Positions 26,462 to 38,986 of a stretch of 64,000 nucleotides of DNA are shown here, piece by piece. Both the position numbers and the translations under genes were made by a program. The notes below the pieces were generated by a model that had not been told where the DNA came from, searched no databases, and saw nothing but the letters and a program-made list of their open reading frames with translations. This stretch comes from Tubulanus polymorphus. Lineage: Eukaryota; Animalia; Nemertea. Location: NCBI RefSeq assembly GCF_964204645.1, contig NC_134028.1, positions 9,362,001 to 9,426,000 on the forward strand, given 5' to 3'. Numbering within the stretch: position 1 is the stretch's first letter; each line of letters begins with the position of its first letter.

Positions 26462-26877
26462 GAATATGAGTGTGGGTATTGCTATAAGTGTGGGTATGGG
26501 TATACATATGCATATTGGTATGGGTAGGCGTATGCTTATGCATATGCATATTGGTATGGGTATGCATATGGGTATGGATATGGGTATACATGCGGGTATG
26601 AGTGTGGTAATGTGTATAATAGGTATGGATGTGGATTTCTGGTTAATGGGTGTGCGTATGGGTGTATGGGTATGGGTTTGGGTATAGGTATAGATATCTG
26701 ACATGATTGGTATGGGTATTGCTATGGGTTTTGGTATGAGTAATTGTATGGGTATGGGTATAGGTATCGGCATAGGTCATTATGGGTATGGGTTTCGGTA
26801 TAGCTATTGGTATGGATGTGTTTTGGTGTGGGCATTGGTATGGGTATGGGTTTCGGTATAGGAATGGGTATGGGTAT
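26462..26877. repeat. Degenerate (GGTATG)n hexamer minisatellite
   Basis: Continuous 6-bp periodicity; accounts for the PI-repeat and GM-repeat ORFs. Confidence 0.92.
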
Positions 26878-27344
26878 CTATTGTGTATTCATTATTACCG
26901 TATAATGTACATCTATTCAGAGGATTGTTTTTGTATATTTGTATATAACAAGAAGTCCATCAAACAAAGCCGGTGATACCACGGTGTTCCTAGAGAGTTC
27001 AAAGACAAATTCTCGATAAAATCGGATTCGTACAAAGCTTCTTTCAGGAGACTGATGATTCTTATTGCATAGATTCTTAAGTGGATACGAAAGGGGTAAA
27101 AACGACAAAGTTATGAAAACAAAAGTGCGTGATTCAGACGCGGATTAATACAAGAAAATCACACGCTTTTATGTCAGCTTATTGTAAGTAGATCCCCGCG
27201 CGCGCGCGCGATCATCTTAAAACAGTAGCTGGTCTACACTTCACGCCTCGCTGATCGTTTGTTACACCTGTGTTGATAAAACTACTGCTTTATTTCATCC
27301 TTCGTGACCGATTTCAACTCAACGAAATCATCAACATCTTCACA

Positions 27345-27555
27345 AAAGAAAAAAAACGACACAATAAAATAAAAATCCACAATAAAAACCTAGAAAAGAA
27401 TCTGACGTTTCGAATCAATTCTATGAGCCATTTTCGAAATCAGATTTTGAAAGCGCGAATTGAGGATTGAAATGAAAATTGAGATGGGAAAGACATTTGA
27501 GTCGAAAAGTCAGTTTCTCTTCTCGTTTTTCTTTCTTTTTATTGTGACTCTTTAC
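27345..27555. mobile_element. Old Penelope-like inverted pseudo-LTR pair
   Basis: Left arm reverse complement GAAAATGGCTCATAGAATTGATTCGAAACGTCAG; right arm GAGATGG..TGAGTCGAAAAGTCAG; the flanking A and T tracts are also inverted. Confidence 0.5.
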
Positions 27556-28210
27556 TATATCGATATTAGACAGTCGTTTGTCTATGGAAAGAATAATATA
27601 CATTTGGATAAAAAAAGGATTTTTCTTCCCAGATCTTGGTTAAAATCCATCACCTCTATTCGCGGTTTTGGAATTGTTTCGTTCGTCCCAATTATTTTCT
27701 AAGCCGATAAAATCATCATTTACTCGAAATATGGATAAAGCTAAAACCCCACGGTTCCGGGTTTATGTTGTGACATTCCTTAAAAGCAGAGTCCTAAGTG
27801 CATCGAGCGAATAAAAGAACATTATCGCGTTCCCAAGATGGTTTAGCTTATGAAACATGTCGCGATAAGCCCTATTGTTAAACTCGATATTTTCTGCTTA
27901 ATCTTCAATGACAAAATATTTGTGTCGATTTCACTGATATTTTCATCCTAAATAGTTTACATTTCAGGTAGAATTTGATGCTTCAATAATAAACCCCGGT
28001 CGATGTAATACCGATAGCTATTGTGTCTAATGCATATTGATTTCGCATTAATACCTCTCGGGTGCTCCTTAAAAAAGTTTCCAATCCACAGAATGGACTC
28101 GATGTAAACGTGAAGAAAAAATGAAGATAAACAACCGATCACTGATATGTATAGAGGACTATAGGATTGGTGCAGATTGAACAGAATCGCACATGCCTTC
28201 AGTAACAACC

Positions 28211-29160
28211 GCCGGTTTTTGACACCGTAAAAGCCGCTGCAATGTGAGTCGATGAGCACTACGCCATCGATATTAGCGTTTCAAAATAACAATTACAATT
28301 GTAATTTTTTGCCTTTATCTTATTAACTAAAAATATTCAATAACTCTCATTTATCTTTGGATTGATTTTGATAATCATTTTTGAGAGGATGTGTGCTACG
28401 TCATCGATATATAGTGGTAAGACTGGTTGCCGGTCAATTCAATTCAATTATTGATATATTCAAATCTAAAATAACTTTATTGTTCCCTGATATTACATGT
28501 GTATATAATTGATATAATCTTTTTTAATGTCGACCGCATTAAGCAATATATGTGTGTTGTTTTTCATGGCGTCAATAAACTTTTAAGTTAGTTTTCTTGT
28601 TATAAATGAAAGCTCACACCCTTTCTAGACACGGTAGCAAGAAATAGATCAGTAATATGAGGTGTTTTCCGTTTTAGATGATTATGCTTAAAATGCAGAC
28701 ATTGACGAGTCGGAAAAAATCGAGAAAAAATCGACGTGCGCGTATGAATATTCAACGTACATTTTTTTGACGTCATAAAAACCGTTACACTAATGTTTTT
28801 AAACATTTTTGCCTACTATTCGTATTGACGTACTGTGTGAGTATATATGCATTACGTCATCAATATTGGCGTTTAAAAATGAAAATTTACAATAGTGAAT
28901 TTTTGCATTCGTTTCGTAATTGAATATATTTCACGTCTCTGGATAAATGTTCATGTATTTTTGGAAATGAATTACGGGTGGGTGAACCCCGCGACATCAA
29001 TATCGGTGCTAGTCTGGTTAGACCGGTTGCCGTTAAATTAAAATTCAAAGTAACTTTATTCATCATTGACATGTTCATCGACGATACGAATAAGCAATAT
29101 ATATATGTCTGTTAGTTTTCTTCAAGACGTCAATAAATTCTAAGTTAGTTTTCCTGTTCA
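28211..29160 (+). repeat. Family J, two tandem copies (about 28211-28605 and 28762-29160)
   Basis: Shared blocks TTTTTGAC..AAAA.CCG, TACGTCATC.ATAT, AGAC(T/C)GGTTGCCG and CGTCAATAAA..TAAGTTAGTTTTC. Further copies at about 46608-46722 (-), 48930-49365 (-) and 50332-50490 (+). Confidence 0.75.
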
Positions 29161-29358
29161 ATTTAATCTCTCCGATTCGCGCTCAACCACATTGACAAAT
29201 GCCCGATATTCAGAGACTTCTCAACAAAAACGACACATTCAAAAGCGATGACTAAAAACATTAAAAGAAACGTAATTATAAAAGACAATTTTCCGTCGAA
29301 CTTCGAGTTGAAAAGAAACGTTGTACGTGTGAAAATTAATCAGCTCCGATCCGGTCAC

Positions 29359-29700
29359 GTCACGTGATCGTCGTGTACGAAACGCGAAACTTATATAGAA
29401 AATGATAGCGTGAAATAGGATCAAAAAGCATCTCGCACGTGAGATTTAGGAACTCTATATCTGCAGCGATGAGACAGCAGTATCGCCAGTTTTCATTATT
29501 GATCAAACCGCGGAGCAAGGGCCTTTCTTTTGTGTTCAGGTATTGTCGGGAAGAAGAAAGTTTTGTCGTTTGTTCTCGCTCTCGCTCGTTTTCACGGCAG
29601 TTACAGATCGAGAGACGAGAACGAGATGAGTCAGCAGAAAATCAGTGTAACAACAACCGCGCACGCTATAAAAACTAGTGATTTTACCTGCAGCCAGTGA
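29359..29700 (+). promoter_or_regulatory. Candidate TATA/Inr Pol II promoter with upstream E-boxes
   Basis: TATAAAA at 29667-29673, CCAGT Inr-like motif with its A at 29696 (29 nt downstream), and CACGTG at 29361 and 29436. Confidence 0.3.
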
Positions 29701-31319
29701 GAATGGAACAGTTGTTCGGAACTCACCGTCTCAGAGATATCCGTCGCTCGCTCATCTCTGAACTATTGTCATTCGTACACAATACATCCTCGTGACTAAA
29801 CCCTTGAAAATAGTTTTAAAAGCGACGATAAAATGTATCTTATATTCCAATGGTGTTCACGATTACGAATGCATTATTTGTCAAATTAACCTTGGCATCG
29901 TTATAACTTCGTTTAGAATTACGAGGGCAACCTTCTATATTGAAGTTTTTCATGAAAATACTTTAAAAATTGGGGAAATGTATCTTATACGGAGTTCTTG
30001 ATCACGAATGTATTATTTTTCAGATTAACCGTTATATCGTTGGTATAATCTCGTTTGAAATTACGAAATTCAATATTGAAGGTGTCCCTTAACCCCTTGG
30101 CCTTATATGATATTCTAAAATCACAATTACATCCGATTCGTTTTAAAATAAATCTACTATTGCTGAATTACCGAAAATGTAAACAGCATTTCTGCACTGG
30201 AATTCGAATATTTGCCGATGGAAAAACTCAAGAACTGGTAGAGTAGGTTAGTAAAAGTGGAAACAACAAACTAAAACTTGAATGGAGAAGTATTACGAAG
30301 CTCATTTTAATCAAGTCATGCAGATTGCGTGAAGACACATAGCGCAGCCGATCTCAGCGGCACTGTATCGGAATCGCATGGACTGCGGACAATGAGTCAA
30401 AATCTGCTTGCGAAAAAAAGAATTAGACGCGAAACTCCGCAATGAGCTGAGTGGAAGAACAGGTAAGATCACTCTGTCGATCATTACAATGAAAAGTATG
30501 ACTAATTTAGCTTCAAGAAGGTTTCTTCCCTCATCGCTGTTATTTAAACAATGGACGGGTATAAGCTCGCAGAGGCTGAATAAATAAGGAATTATTAACG
30601 GTCGATTTGGTTCGAATCGTTGATCACAGAAATCTTTCGCTGCGCCGCTGCCGTTTCTACTGGTAACAAATGTATCAGTTCTCAGGTAACAATGCGAAAC
30701 GGGGAGCATCTCGCGGGCTGGAAAATCCCTCGCTAAAAACAAAAAAGAACTGTTATGAAAATGATGCGTCAAATTCCGTAGTTGTACTAGGGGATTAATC
30801 GCAGTTCGTATCGAGGACGATATGTATGAAAGTCTGAATAGGTACGAAATTAATTTAGCCGAAAAAGAACTAGATGAATGAAAATGAAAGATGAACGGAT
30901 TAGCGTTAAGATTTTAATGCGAACGGCAATTTCTAGACGCAAAAAATGGAAAAACGCGCGTTCATTCGTAAAAGCAGATTGTTTAAAAGTTTTCATGAAT
31001 CATCGTGCGTTACGAAAAAGAAGTCCTGTACCGGAAATAGGCATAACAACTTTCAATTAGTCATCGTAAATACCGATATAAAACTATAGAGAATCCGCTC
31101 CGATCCGATCCGAGCTCTGGTTGCATCGACACTCGCCGTGCACGCTGTAAACCATGCGCGATCGAGATAAATTCGACGGATGAAATAATCGTTAAGGTCC
31201 GCGAGTATAGGAATCACAAATGCTGGTGGCCAGAGGGCGTCAGAGTTTCTTGTAAACAACGTTTGTTATGTTTTGAAATACTTTTATTTCCTGTTTTTGT
31301 AAATAATTTTTAATACGAT

Positions 31320-31561
31320 TTTTCCTCCATATACCATGGAAATGGTTGAGTGTAACAGATATTCGTATTCGTATTCTTTGAAAAGTCCGTTTTGGTAAGC
31401 CAAACAATGAATTTCCCGGAAAATTCTTTGTTTCGGCGCGCCAAAACGGACGTTTTAAAGGAAATTCGACGTTTTTGTCGTTTTGGCGCCAAGACGGAAA
31501 ATTCTCTGTTTTCACCTTTATAAAAGGAAATTTTACATTTCTTTTTCGTTCTGGCACCCTA
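31320..31561 (-). mobile_element. hAT-like family K copy
   Basis: CGCCAAAACGG repeats and TTCTGGCACCCTA end; related to 62664-62845. Confidence 0.65.
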
Positions 31562-32231
31562 ATCCGTATACCAAGAATTTTACGTTATGGACCTTATCAG
31601 CCACCATGTTAGAGTATGATAGATACATCTAATAATTCGTTTTCCATGCACATACTGATCAGTAGCACCGTTATTTTGAAGGTTAAATTACTTGTTCGTT
31701 AAGAATACACATCATTTTATCAGGTTTATTCAGTTCGATTCAGTTATTACCGTCGCGCATTTGCGATGAAACGTTTTAACGGTTGCAATCAACGCGTGTC
31801 GGTATTTATAAACGTACGTCGTTAGCGTTATTAGACGTCACATGTCAACGTTAAAAACATTCGCGCGCCGTCGACGCTCTGCGTTCCTCGGATGTTACTT
31901 AACGCTATCGGCGTCTTTTATTCTACAGGTAATTAATACTGGCTAATAGTTGTACCTGTTCTATCAACTCTAGCAGCGCGCAGCATCGGTATCCGGGTAA
32001 TTGCCTTCGATACTGATGATAAATCTGTTATTTACATGCATTAACATGAAACAATGCTCATAGCGCGCATGTAAAGGGGAATTATTGCGCGGGTATAAAC
32101 TACTGCGTCGAAATTATGATTTAATATAGCTTTTTGTGCCGCGACGAAATATCATTAGGATATCGTTACCTTTTTACCGAACGAGCGAGTTTACGGCTAA
32201 AATGCATAATAGAAGTCTAGTTCGATCCCAG

Positions 32232-32630
32232 ACAGCTTCCAGACAGCAAAACAATTATCACTATATACTTCTACAGGGTTATTCCTTCAAGATGTCTCAA
32301 AATATCACTAAATTGAAATTTAGCTTCGTTTTCTTCTTTTTCCAACAGACCTATGAATTTATTTATATGAATACTTTATTCTCTCTAATAATAAATACAT
32401 AATAAGCACATGAATACATTTCGAGAAAAGGACATATCCAAGCCGGGGGCTGTACCATAAGGTGCAATTTACCTTTTCACTGAGCCAGCGATTAAGCCTA
32501 GCTATATTGTTCATTAAACAGTTTCCAGACCGCAAAAATGTATTACTTTTTACAGGGTTACTCCTTCGAGATGTCTCAAAATATTACTAAAATCTACTGA
32601 CGCATCGATTTCTTCTTTTTCCGACGGACT
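32232..32630 (+). repeat. Local ~110-bp direct duplication spaced about 290 bp apart
   Basis: CAG(C/T)TTCCAGAC..TACAGGGTTA(T/C)TCCTTC(A/G)AGATGTCTCAAAATAT..TTTCTTCTTTTTCC at about 32232 and 32519. Confidence 0.8.
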
Positions 32631-32945
32631 GGCCGAAATTCCAGCGCCGCCTATTGGAAATATGATGAACTAATTGGCGAGGTTTGGGTGGTGATTCAGA
32701 TTATTCGCGGTTCCATACTATCGCGACTCTGATTACCGACTGATTGTTCCAATCCATCGACCTCACTCCATAAACTTGTCAAAATTACCAGACACAATGA
32801 AAAGACGCTTCCTTTGATTCAATTTCAGCTAACTTAGACGAACGTTATATGTGCAAGAAAAACAGTTGTAGATGCAGTGTTCCAGTTGAAATTCTGTAAT
32901 AAGTACTATGCCTAGGCTATGTTATAAGACTTGCAACTTGGATAA

Positions 32946-33060
32946 GGTAGAATAGCCACGCCCTGACGTGGAGAACTGATAATAAGTTTAAAACTGACCA
33001 TGTACAGAATTTAAGAGATAAAAACGAATTTTATTTGTCAAGAATTACAATCAAAATACT
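32946..33060 (+). repeat. Dispersed repeat family P
   Basis: GTAGAATAGCCAC..GGAGAAC.GATA.TAAGTTTAAAACT is also at about 53945-54075. Confidence 0.75.
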
Positions 33061-33117
33061 AGAAATCATCGTAATCATCATAAAATTATATCATTTGTCG
33101 AGAAGAATCTATTTAGG

Positions 33118-33189
33118 GGGGTTGTCCGGGAATCGACCCCGGGACCTCTCGCACCCGAAGCGAGAATCATACCTCTAGACCAACAAGCC
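33118..33189 (-). tRNA. tRNA-Pro (CGG), probably a pseudogene
   Basis: GGCTTGTTGGTCTAGAGGTATGATTCTCGCTTCGGGTGCGAGAGGTCCCGGGGTCGATTCCCGGACAACCCC: T54 is replaced by G in the B box and there is a C3:C70 acceptor-stem mismatch. Confidence 0.9.
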
Positions 33190-33493
33190 AGCTGTGACAC
33201 GATGATGCTTTAGTTGTATATAAAACCCATCTATCTCAAACGACATATTTCGTAACCGTCGACTCAGAGACGCGTCAGGTAAAATCAGTACAAGAATTAC
33301 GAATCTAAGGTGCAATGTAATGAAATATGTATATAACTCAATCCAAATTGACCAATGACTCCATGCTTTCTACCATAAGTTGTGTCCAATACTGGACGGG
33401 TCGGGGGGATGTTAGGGTTTAGGGGGACCCCCTGTTCCGTGTTTGAACATTTTCTGAGTGATATCAATCCCATATCAATGATTAAACTAACTA

Positions 33494-33730
33494 TGTAGAG
33501 AGAATACCACAATTATAACGAAAAAGTCCAAAAATGTAACTACGAGATAGTAGTTTATTTCAACGGTTCGACAATATCCTAATAGTCATCTTCGTTCCTG
33601 AAGATGACTATTAGGATATAGTCGAAACGTTGAAATAAACTATCTCGAAGTTACATTTTTGGACTTTTTCGTTAAAATTGTGGGATTCTCTCTACATCGC
33701 GTCAACACGGATATAGTGTTCTATCAATCG
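33494..33730. mobile_element. ORF-less Penelope-like inverted pseudo-LTR element with hammerhead core and 15-bp flanking direct repeat
   Basis: About 100-bp inverted arms (33493-33593 / 33600-33697). TGATTAAACTAACTA lies at 33479-33493 and 33731-33745. The core CTGAAGA-T-GACTAT-TAGGAT-ATAGTC-GAAA-CGTT is at 33598-33631. Confidence 0.8.
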
Positions 33731-35466
33731 TGATTAAACTAACTACAAGTTAAGCATGTGCATGGAGCTAAGTGTTGATGTGAACATAAAAATTAATGCA
33801 TCTTCACACTCTTACGTAATTTCAAATTATGTTCGATCTTCAAATTTCAGGACAATGCATTTTTCATTAAAATGTAAAAAAAAAATTTTAAAAAAGAAAT
33901 TATATATATCTGGAAAAACAATTTCGCTCGGCCCCCCTCTGACGCTCATATCTCTGGATCAGACCTTATGCCGCAAAGTATGATGTGTATACGAAACTTC
34001 AGTCAATACACAGTTTCTGAGCACGACACATCGCGCAGCTACTCGCAGACAGCGCGATAAGAGATTCGATACAGTACGATATTCGATTTGAGGATTAATT
34101 TTCTAAATCTGGTATACAGAAATTCGTCGCTCGATCTGCATCGCCCCGTTCGACGATATCAGTTACACTGCATCCGCGCGCGTGTATCTCCAGCATCCTA
34201 GGCCGCTGCAGCGGCATCCTTTCGCGTCTGCAACATCATCCGGTTGATCTCTGTTAAGCGTGGATTTCGTTTGTAATTAAATTTCCGACAGTATCATTTT
34301 CGATTCAATTAATTAGCCCCGATTTCTATTCGCGATAAATCGGTTTGATTGGCACTTTGATTGCCCGGCCAATTTGCAACCGTACGAGAGACGCTGTTGC
34401 TGGCTACGAATTCTCGGCGCATCTATATACAGCGACGTCTCGCAGGTCACTGCTCGCTAATATTTAAGATAACAACAATTTTCCAACAAGTGCAGGGTCG
34501 GCGAAAACGATCTTTCACGCTCGATGAATTCTAATAAAATCAAATCAATGGTTTATACCGATTGTAGATGTTTGATTGAATCAGTCCCGAACAGTTGAAC
34601 CGATGGAGCGTATAGAGTGATATTTTTAGAGTGATACATTCTCTGCTGCTGCTGCTAATATCAAATCTAACATCTTGTTGCGTAAAGAACGTCGATCGAG
34701 CCGCGCAGTCGACATGAAATGCAATTAGATTTTCCATGGTGATTGCATCTCGTTTTAAGAAATTAATTCCATCCAATACGGCCGCATTTTAAGCGACAAT
34801 TCGCGAATATAATCTTGATTTATGTCGTTTCTTTTACGCCAGACTTAAACCTTTCATCAATATCCAGACAATATGAACCAAACATTAAACCCCGTTTCTA
34901 TGTGTAAAATGCGCCGTTTAATTAAAGGCTGATAGTTAAGAAGGATTATTATCTAAACTATCTAGACAGGAGTACGTACTTACCGGCACGCCGATGTGTT
35001 TCAGAATCATTCCCAAAAGGTGGCAGCACAAACCACACATTTTACGTTTTTAAGTCTATTTTGTGTCCCGTATGACGAATCAATATCAGTTTTGGATATA
35101 TTTTACTTTAGACATGGTTTTTGGGATGGGTAAAATTTTAACTCCACGCTGCTTCATTATTAGATTGGGGTACCTAAATATTTTCATCGAAAGTTCATAA
35201 TCTGAAAAATTGAAGTCATAAATGACCCCTTGGGTCGAAGAGGTAAATTTCGCATGATGGTAAATTTCGATTTCACGGACAGCCATCTGGTGATCTTTTC
35301 TATTTACCAACACGGTATGGAACATTGGACATTTATGGAAGCACAGGTGATATTCAACACAGTAAAGAAATCGCGCATCCACCATCAACAGTTCTCAATT
35401 TTATTCTCAGATTTCTCAAACACATGATTACTAGCGGTGCCTAGCGGATTTTGATGAGTCGGCCTT

Positions 35467-35908
35467 TATGGTGGCTGACAAGGGGCAAATACAATAGTTT
35501 ATAATCGAGGTCATGTGAAAATAATTCAATAGAGCAAAAACGAAATATTATGGAGCAAAAAACGAAAAAATCATAGAGCAAAAACGAATATTTTCGTTTT
35601 TGCGCTATAATATTTCGTTTTCGCGCGTTAGAATTCGTTTTCACGGGGTAGCGAAAACGAAAGTTCGTTTTTGCTAGTGCGCAAAAACGAATTTTATGGC
35701 GCAAAACGAAAAATCATAGAGCAAAAACGAATATTTTCGTTTTTTGCGCTATAATATTTCGTTTTTGCGCCCTAGCAAAAACGAAAAGTTCGTTTCTGCG
35801 CGGTAGCAAAAACGAAGTTTTCGTTTTTGCTCTATAGGTTTCGTTTTGCGTTTTTCTATAATCGAGGTCGTGTAAAATTAATGCATTTGGCCCTTTTCCG
35901 CCACCATA
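35467..35908. mobile_element. Non-autonomous DNA transposon with TATGG termini (IS3EU-like)
   Basis: 27-bp TIRs match at 23/27 (TATGGTGGCTGACAAGGGGCAAATACA vs TATGGTGGCGGAAAAGGGCCAAATGCA); the interior is built of GCAAAAACGAA repeats in both orientations. Confidence 0.75.
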
Positions 35909-38900
35909 TTAAAGGGCCGTACAATCAAAATCATTCGAATGTTTAGATCTTTCTTTTATTTCGTATTGCTTTTTCTTCGTTAGGACGACGCTAAATCAGT
36001 TACTAATCCTTATCCATCGAACAGCCCGAGCTGCGTCCGTTTTATAATACATAATCCTAATCGTCAATGACCCCGATAATCCAAGCGTAAATTCGTTACA
36101 CACTTTCGTTTGCTGACAGTTAACTATCGAATATGGATTGGGTAACGTCGAGCTGTTTGCAACAGCGGCTTTACGATTTGCCTTTCCCGCTTAGAAAGCC
36201 TCTCCAAAGTCTTTTATATACGTCTAACTTGTGCTTGTTAAAATCTATCTAATGTTTTTCTTTAAAATCTCTGTATACATTCCGGAAATTTGAACAAGTT
36301 GGACCTGAATTTGACAGTCGAAGCAAAAACCACCTATTGGAAAAGAGTCAAGTTTGATCCTGTTTTGTCCTGCCACTGTAAGAAGCGTATTAAAAAAAAG
36401 ATTTTAAAATTGAAGAAAACAAAAATAGATTGTTATAGTCTTATTGCACGTGGGGGTATCTGGATGAGAATTAAATTTGTCTTTTTTTTTTACCTCTCAC
36501 ACATCCCTAAGGTCTCTTAGGAGATTAGGTTATTAGATTTGAACGAGGAGAGGCACCTGAATAATGACCTCATTAATTCTCGAGAGTTTCCGAGATCTCC
36601 CCGAGGTGATGGGCATCTGTCTCCTATATATACATGTATGTGTGATATGACAACACTTAACTCATTACTCGGTTGATGCCTTGCATTATGAAGGTTATAT
36701 ACAATATGATTGCTACTCCTGCACGTGTATCAAAATTCATAACCCAATTAAGTGTAAAGTTAACTTCTATTGGTTACACGCAGCTGTGCAGCTCGTATCT
36801 ATTCTATTGTCGAATGAATCAAATATGGCTACCGGGCATTCGTGTATAACATTATGTTCACTGTCACAAGTTGATGGCACAGATTTGATTTGCTGAAATA
36901 TGACGACTTTCACCTTGAAATTCGAAGATGGGTTAAGTACACGAGCCTACGTTTCGTATTAAGTGGGTGTCGCATCTCGCATGTCTGGAATCATCTCATA
37001 TATACAATGTCCTTCAGTCTGTCCAAAGTCTCATCATACAAAAATGCATATTTAAATCACCAGCTAAGATAGATAATAAAATGTGGGGGGGGGGGGGGGG
37101 GTAGGGAATTCCCAATTTGAAGTGAATCTTTAAACCTGTTTTGCCTTAGCGCAAAAGATATCGATGCACATGTTCAGATTCCTAGGATTTTAAGGCTTTG
37201 CAGGTCCACGCATTCCAAGTGGAGATTGCAAAATCTCATAAATCCTGACAGAGACAGAGCGTTAAGGCCTATGTAGGCTGATATCATGATTAGGACCTAT
37301 GTAGAGTATGTCTCTAGTTTAGTATGTAATTAATTCATTTTAGGTGGAACGCGGCCAGTCCAATGTTTATGGTATTCGTATACGTTTCAACGTTCAACGT
37401 TCGCGAAAGAAAATCATTTGAAATCTTGGTTGTTAAATCCGGTTCCTCGAGGCTGCATATGACTCGTCAGTCACACAACTGTATAAAAATGTTATCATAA
37501 AATCCTCATACGTAATATTTCATCTTATATTACATTATTTTGTATATATTCCTGCTACTTCATATTGTAATTTAAATCGCGAATAAAAACGTTGTTATTA
37601 TTGATAACCATGATATATTATTCTCTTCCTTTCACTTCAAATCTTCATTAAGTTGATAATAATCTTTATTTACATTGAAATTATAACATAACACTCAGTT
37701 TTATAGATACATAATTAAATGGGTTAAAGAAGTTGTAATATCGATGAAGGTGACCGAGAAGCAAAATGCTTGTAAATAGGGTCAACTCAACACACTGCTA
37801 CGTTCACACAATCACATACACACTCACATTCATCCAGAAGAAAAATCAGTAATAAATGGTGAATCATTAACACTAAATCATATAGCAAGAGATTGTGTTA
37901 TTTTTGAATTTATATTTACGTTCACCCAGTGATTTAGAAGTTTGTAAGTTGTTGGGGATGTTTTGCCAAAGACTAGGTATTGAACAGAGAAAAATGAGTT
38001 ATGAAATACTTTTTTGAATTCAACGTTGTTTTTCGATGTCCTCTGTACAAAGGTTCTTGACCACGATGGCTAGTCAATGAAAACTCATTCGGTTTCGACG
38101 TCTACGTATTTGTTTCGTGTGGACTTTTTTCTGAGCCGGAAGGCAGACATGTACCCTGCTATTACCTAACCGCTAAGACGGACCGACGCGTCCGTTTGTT
38201 GGCCGACTCATTACACCCTCAAGTGCCGAATCAAAATCCGTAATCTTATCATGGAATTATAAAATTAACGTGTACGGAGCACAATGCTCGTCTGGCCAAG
38301 TAATCATAACAGCACATGACGTATTACAACATTGGCCCTAGGCTTTAGGTGTCTTCCCGAGTCCCAGCGGATTTACACATCACTAAACTCAGCTTCCAGC
38401 AAGTCCAGACGTTCTTTTGTGTAACGCGAGTTTTATCTCGGCGACGCTAAATTAATTTTCTAATCAGCCACCAGATGTCACGTATGATCATAAGTTCCAT
38501 TAATACACCGTTTGAAGTCGAAAAACGCTCGTTTAAACTTAAAAGCAAAGTGAAAGTTAATTCTCAGAGAACCTTTTACAAAATGGTTTCTCAATAAATT
38601 CATCTTCTACTTTGGTTAAGCTTTTATTTACTGTCACAACAACGTTTTAAACTAAGCCTTCTTCTTAACAATATCCTCGTTGAAAAGGTATTTCGACTTT
38701 ATGTTTTTAAGCAAAGCGCGTTGAACAAGATCATAGATACATTTTGTACTTTCAAAAGGAGGCAGTAAACAGGAAGAGAGGAAGGGATTTGAGCGATGGA
38801 TTTTTAAGAATGGATCCCTTTTGGGATACGATGATGCGACGATTGCCGATGTCAAGGTCATTTGTAAACATGAAATGGAAAGCGAATCAGAATTTTCAAA

Positions 38901-38986
38901 ACGGGCGCATCGGAACATTCATTAAACTAGTTCCAATTCCTCTTATCTAACTATTTTGAGTGACAGACTTTCCGTTGATATCCAAT

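Noticed and set aside
26348-26976. PI-repeat and GM-repeat ORFs (141, 95 and 64 aa)
   Set aside because: They are by-products of the (GGTATG)n minisatellite, which is open on both strands.
30311-30772. Longest ORF in the window (153 aa, minus strand)
   Set aside because: Non-ATG start, random-looking composition, and no recognisable domain or splice boundaries.
35467-35908. Short repeat array considered as CRISPR-like
   Set aside because: The repeats are in both orientations with no unique spacers, are bounded by TIRs, and the context is eukaryotic with no cas genes.
37085-37101. Long G homopolymer
   Set aside because: Simple repeat whose length is error-prone; no further structure.
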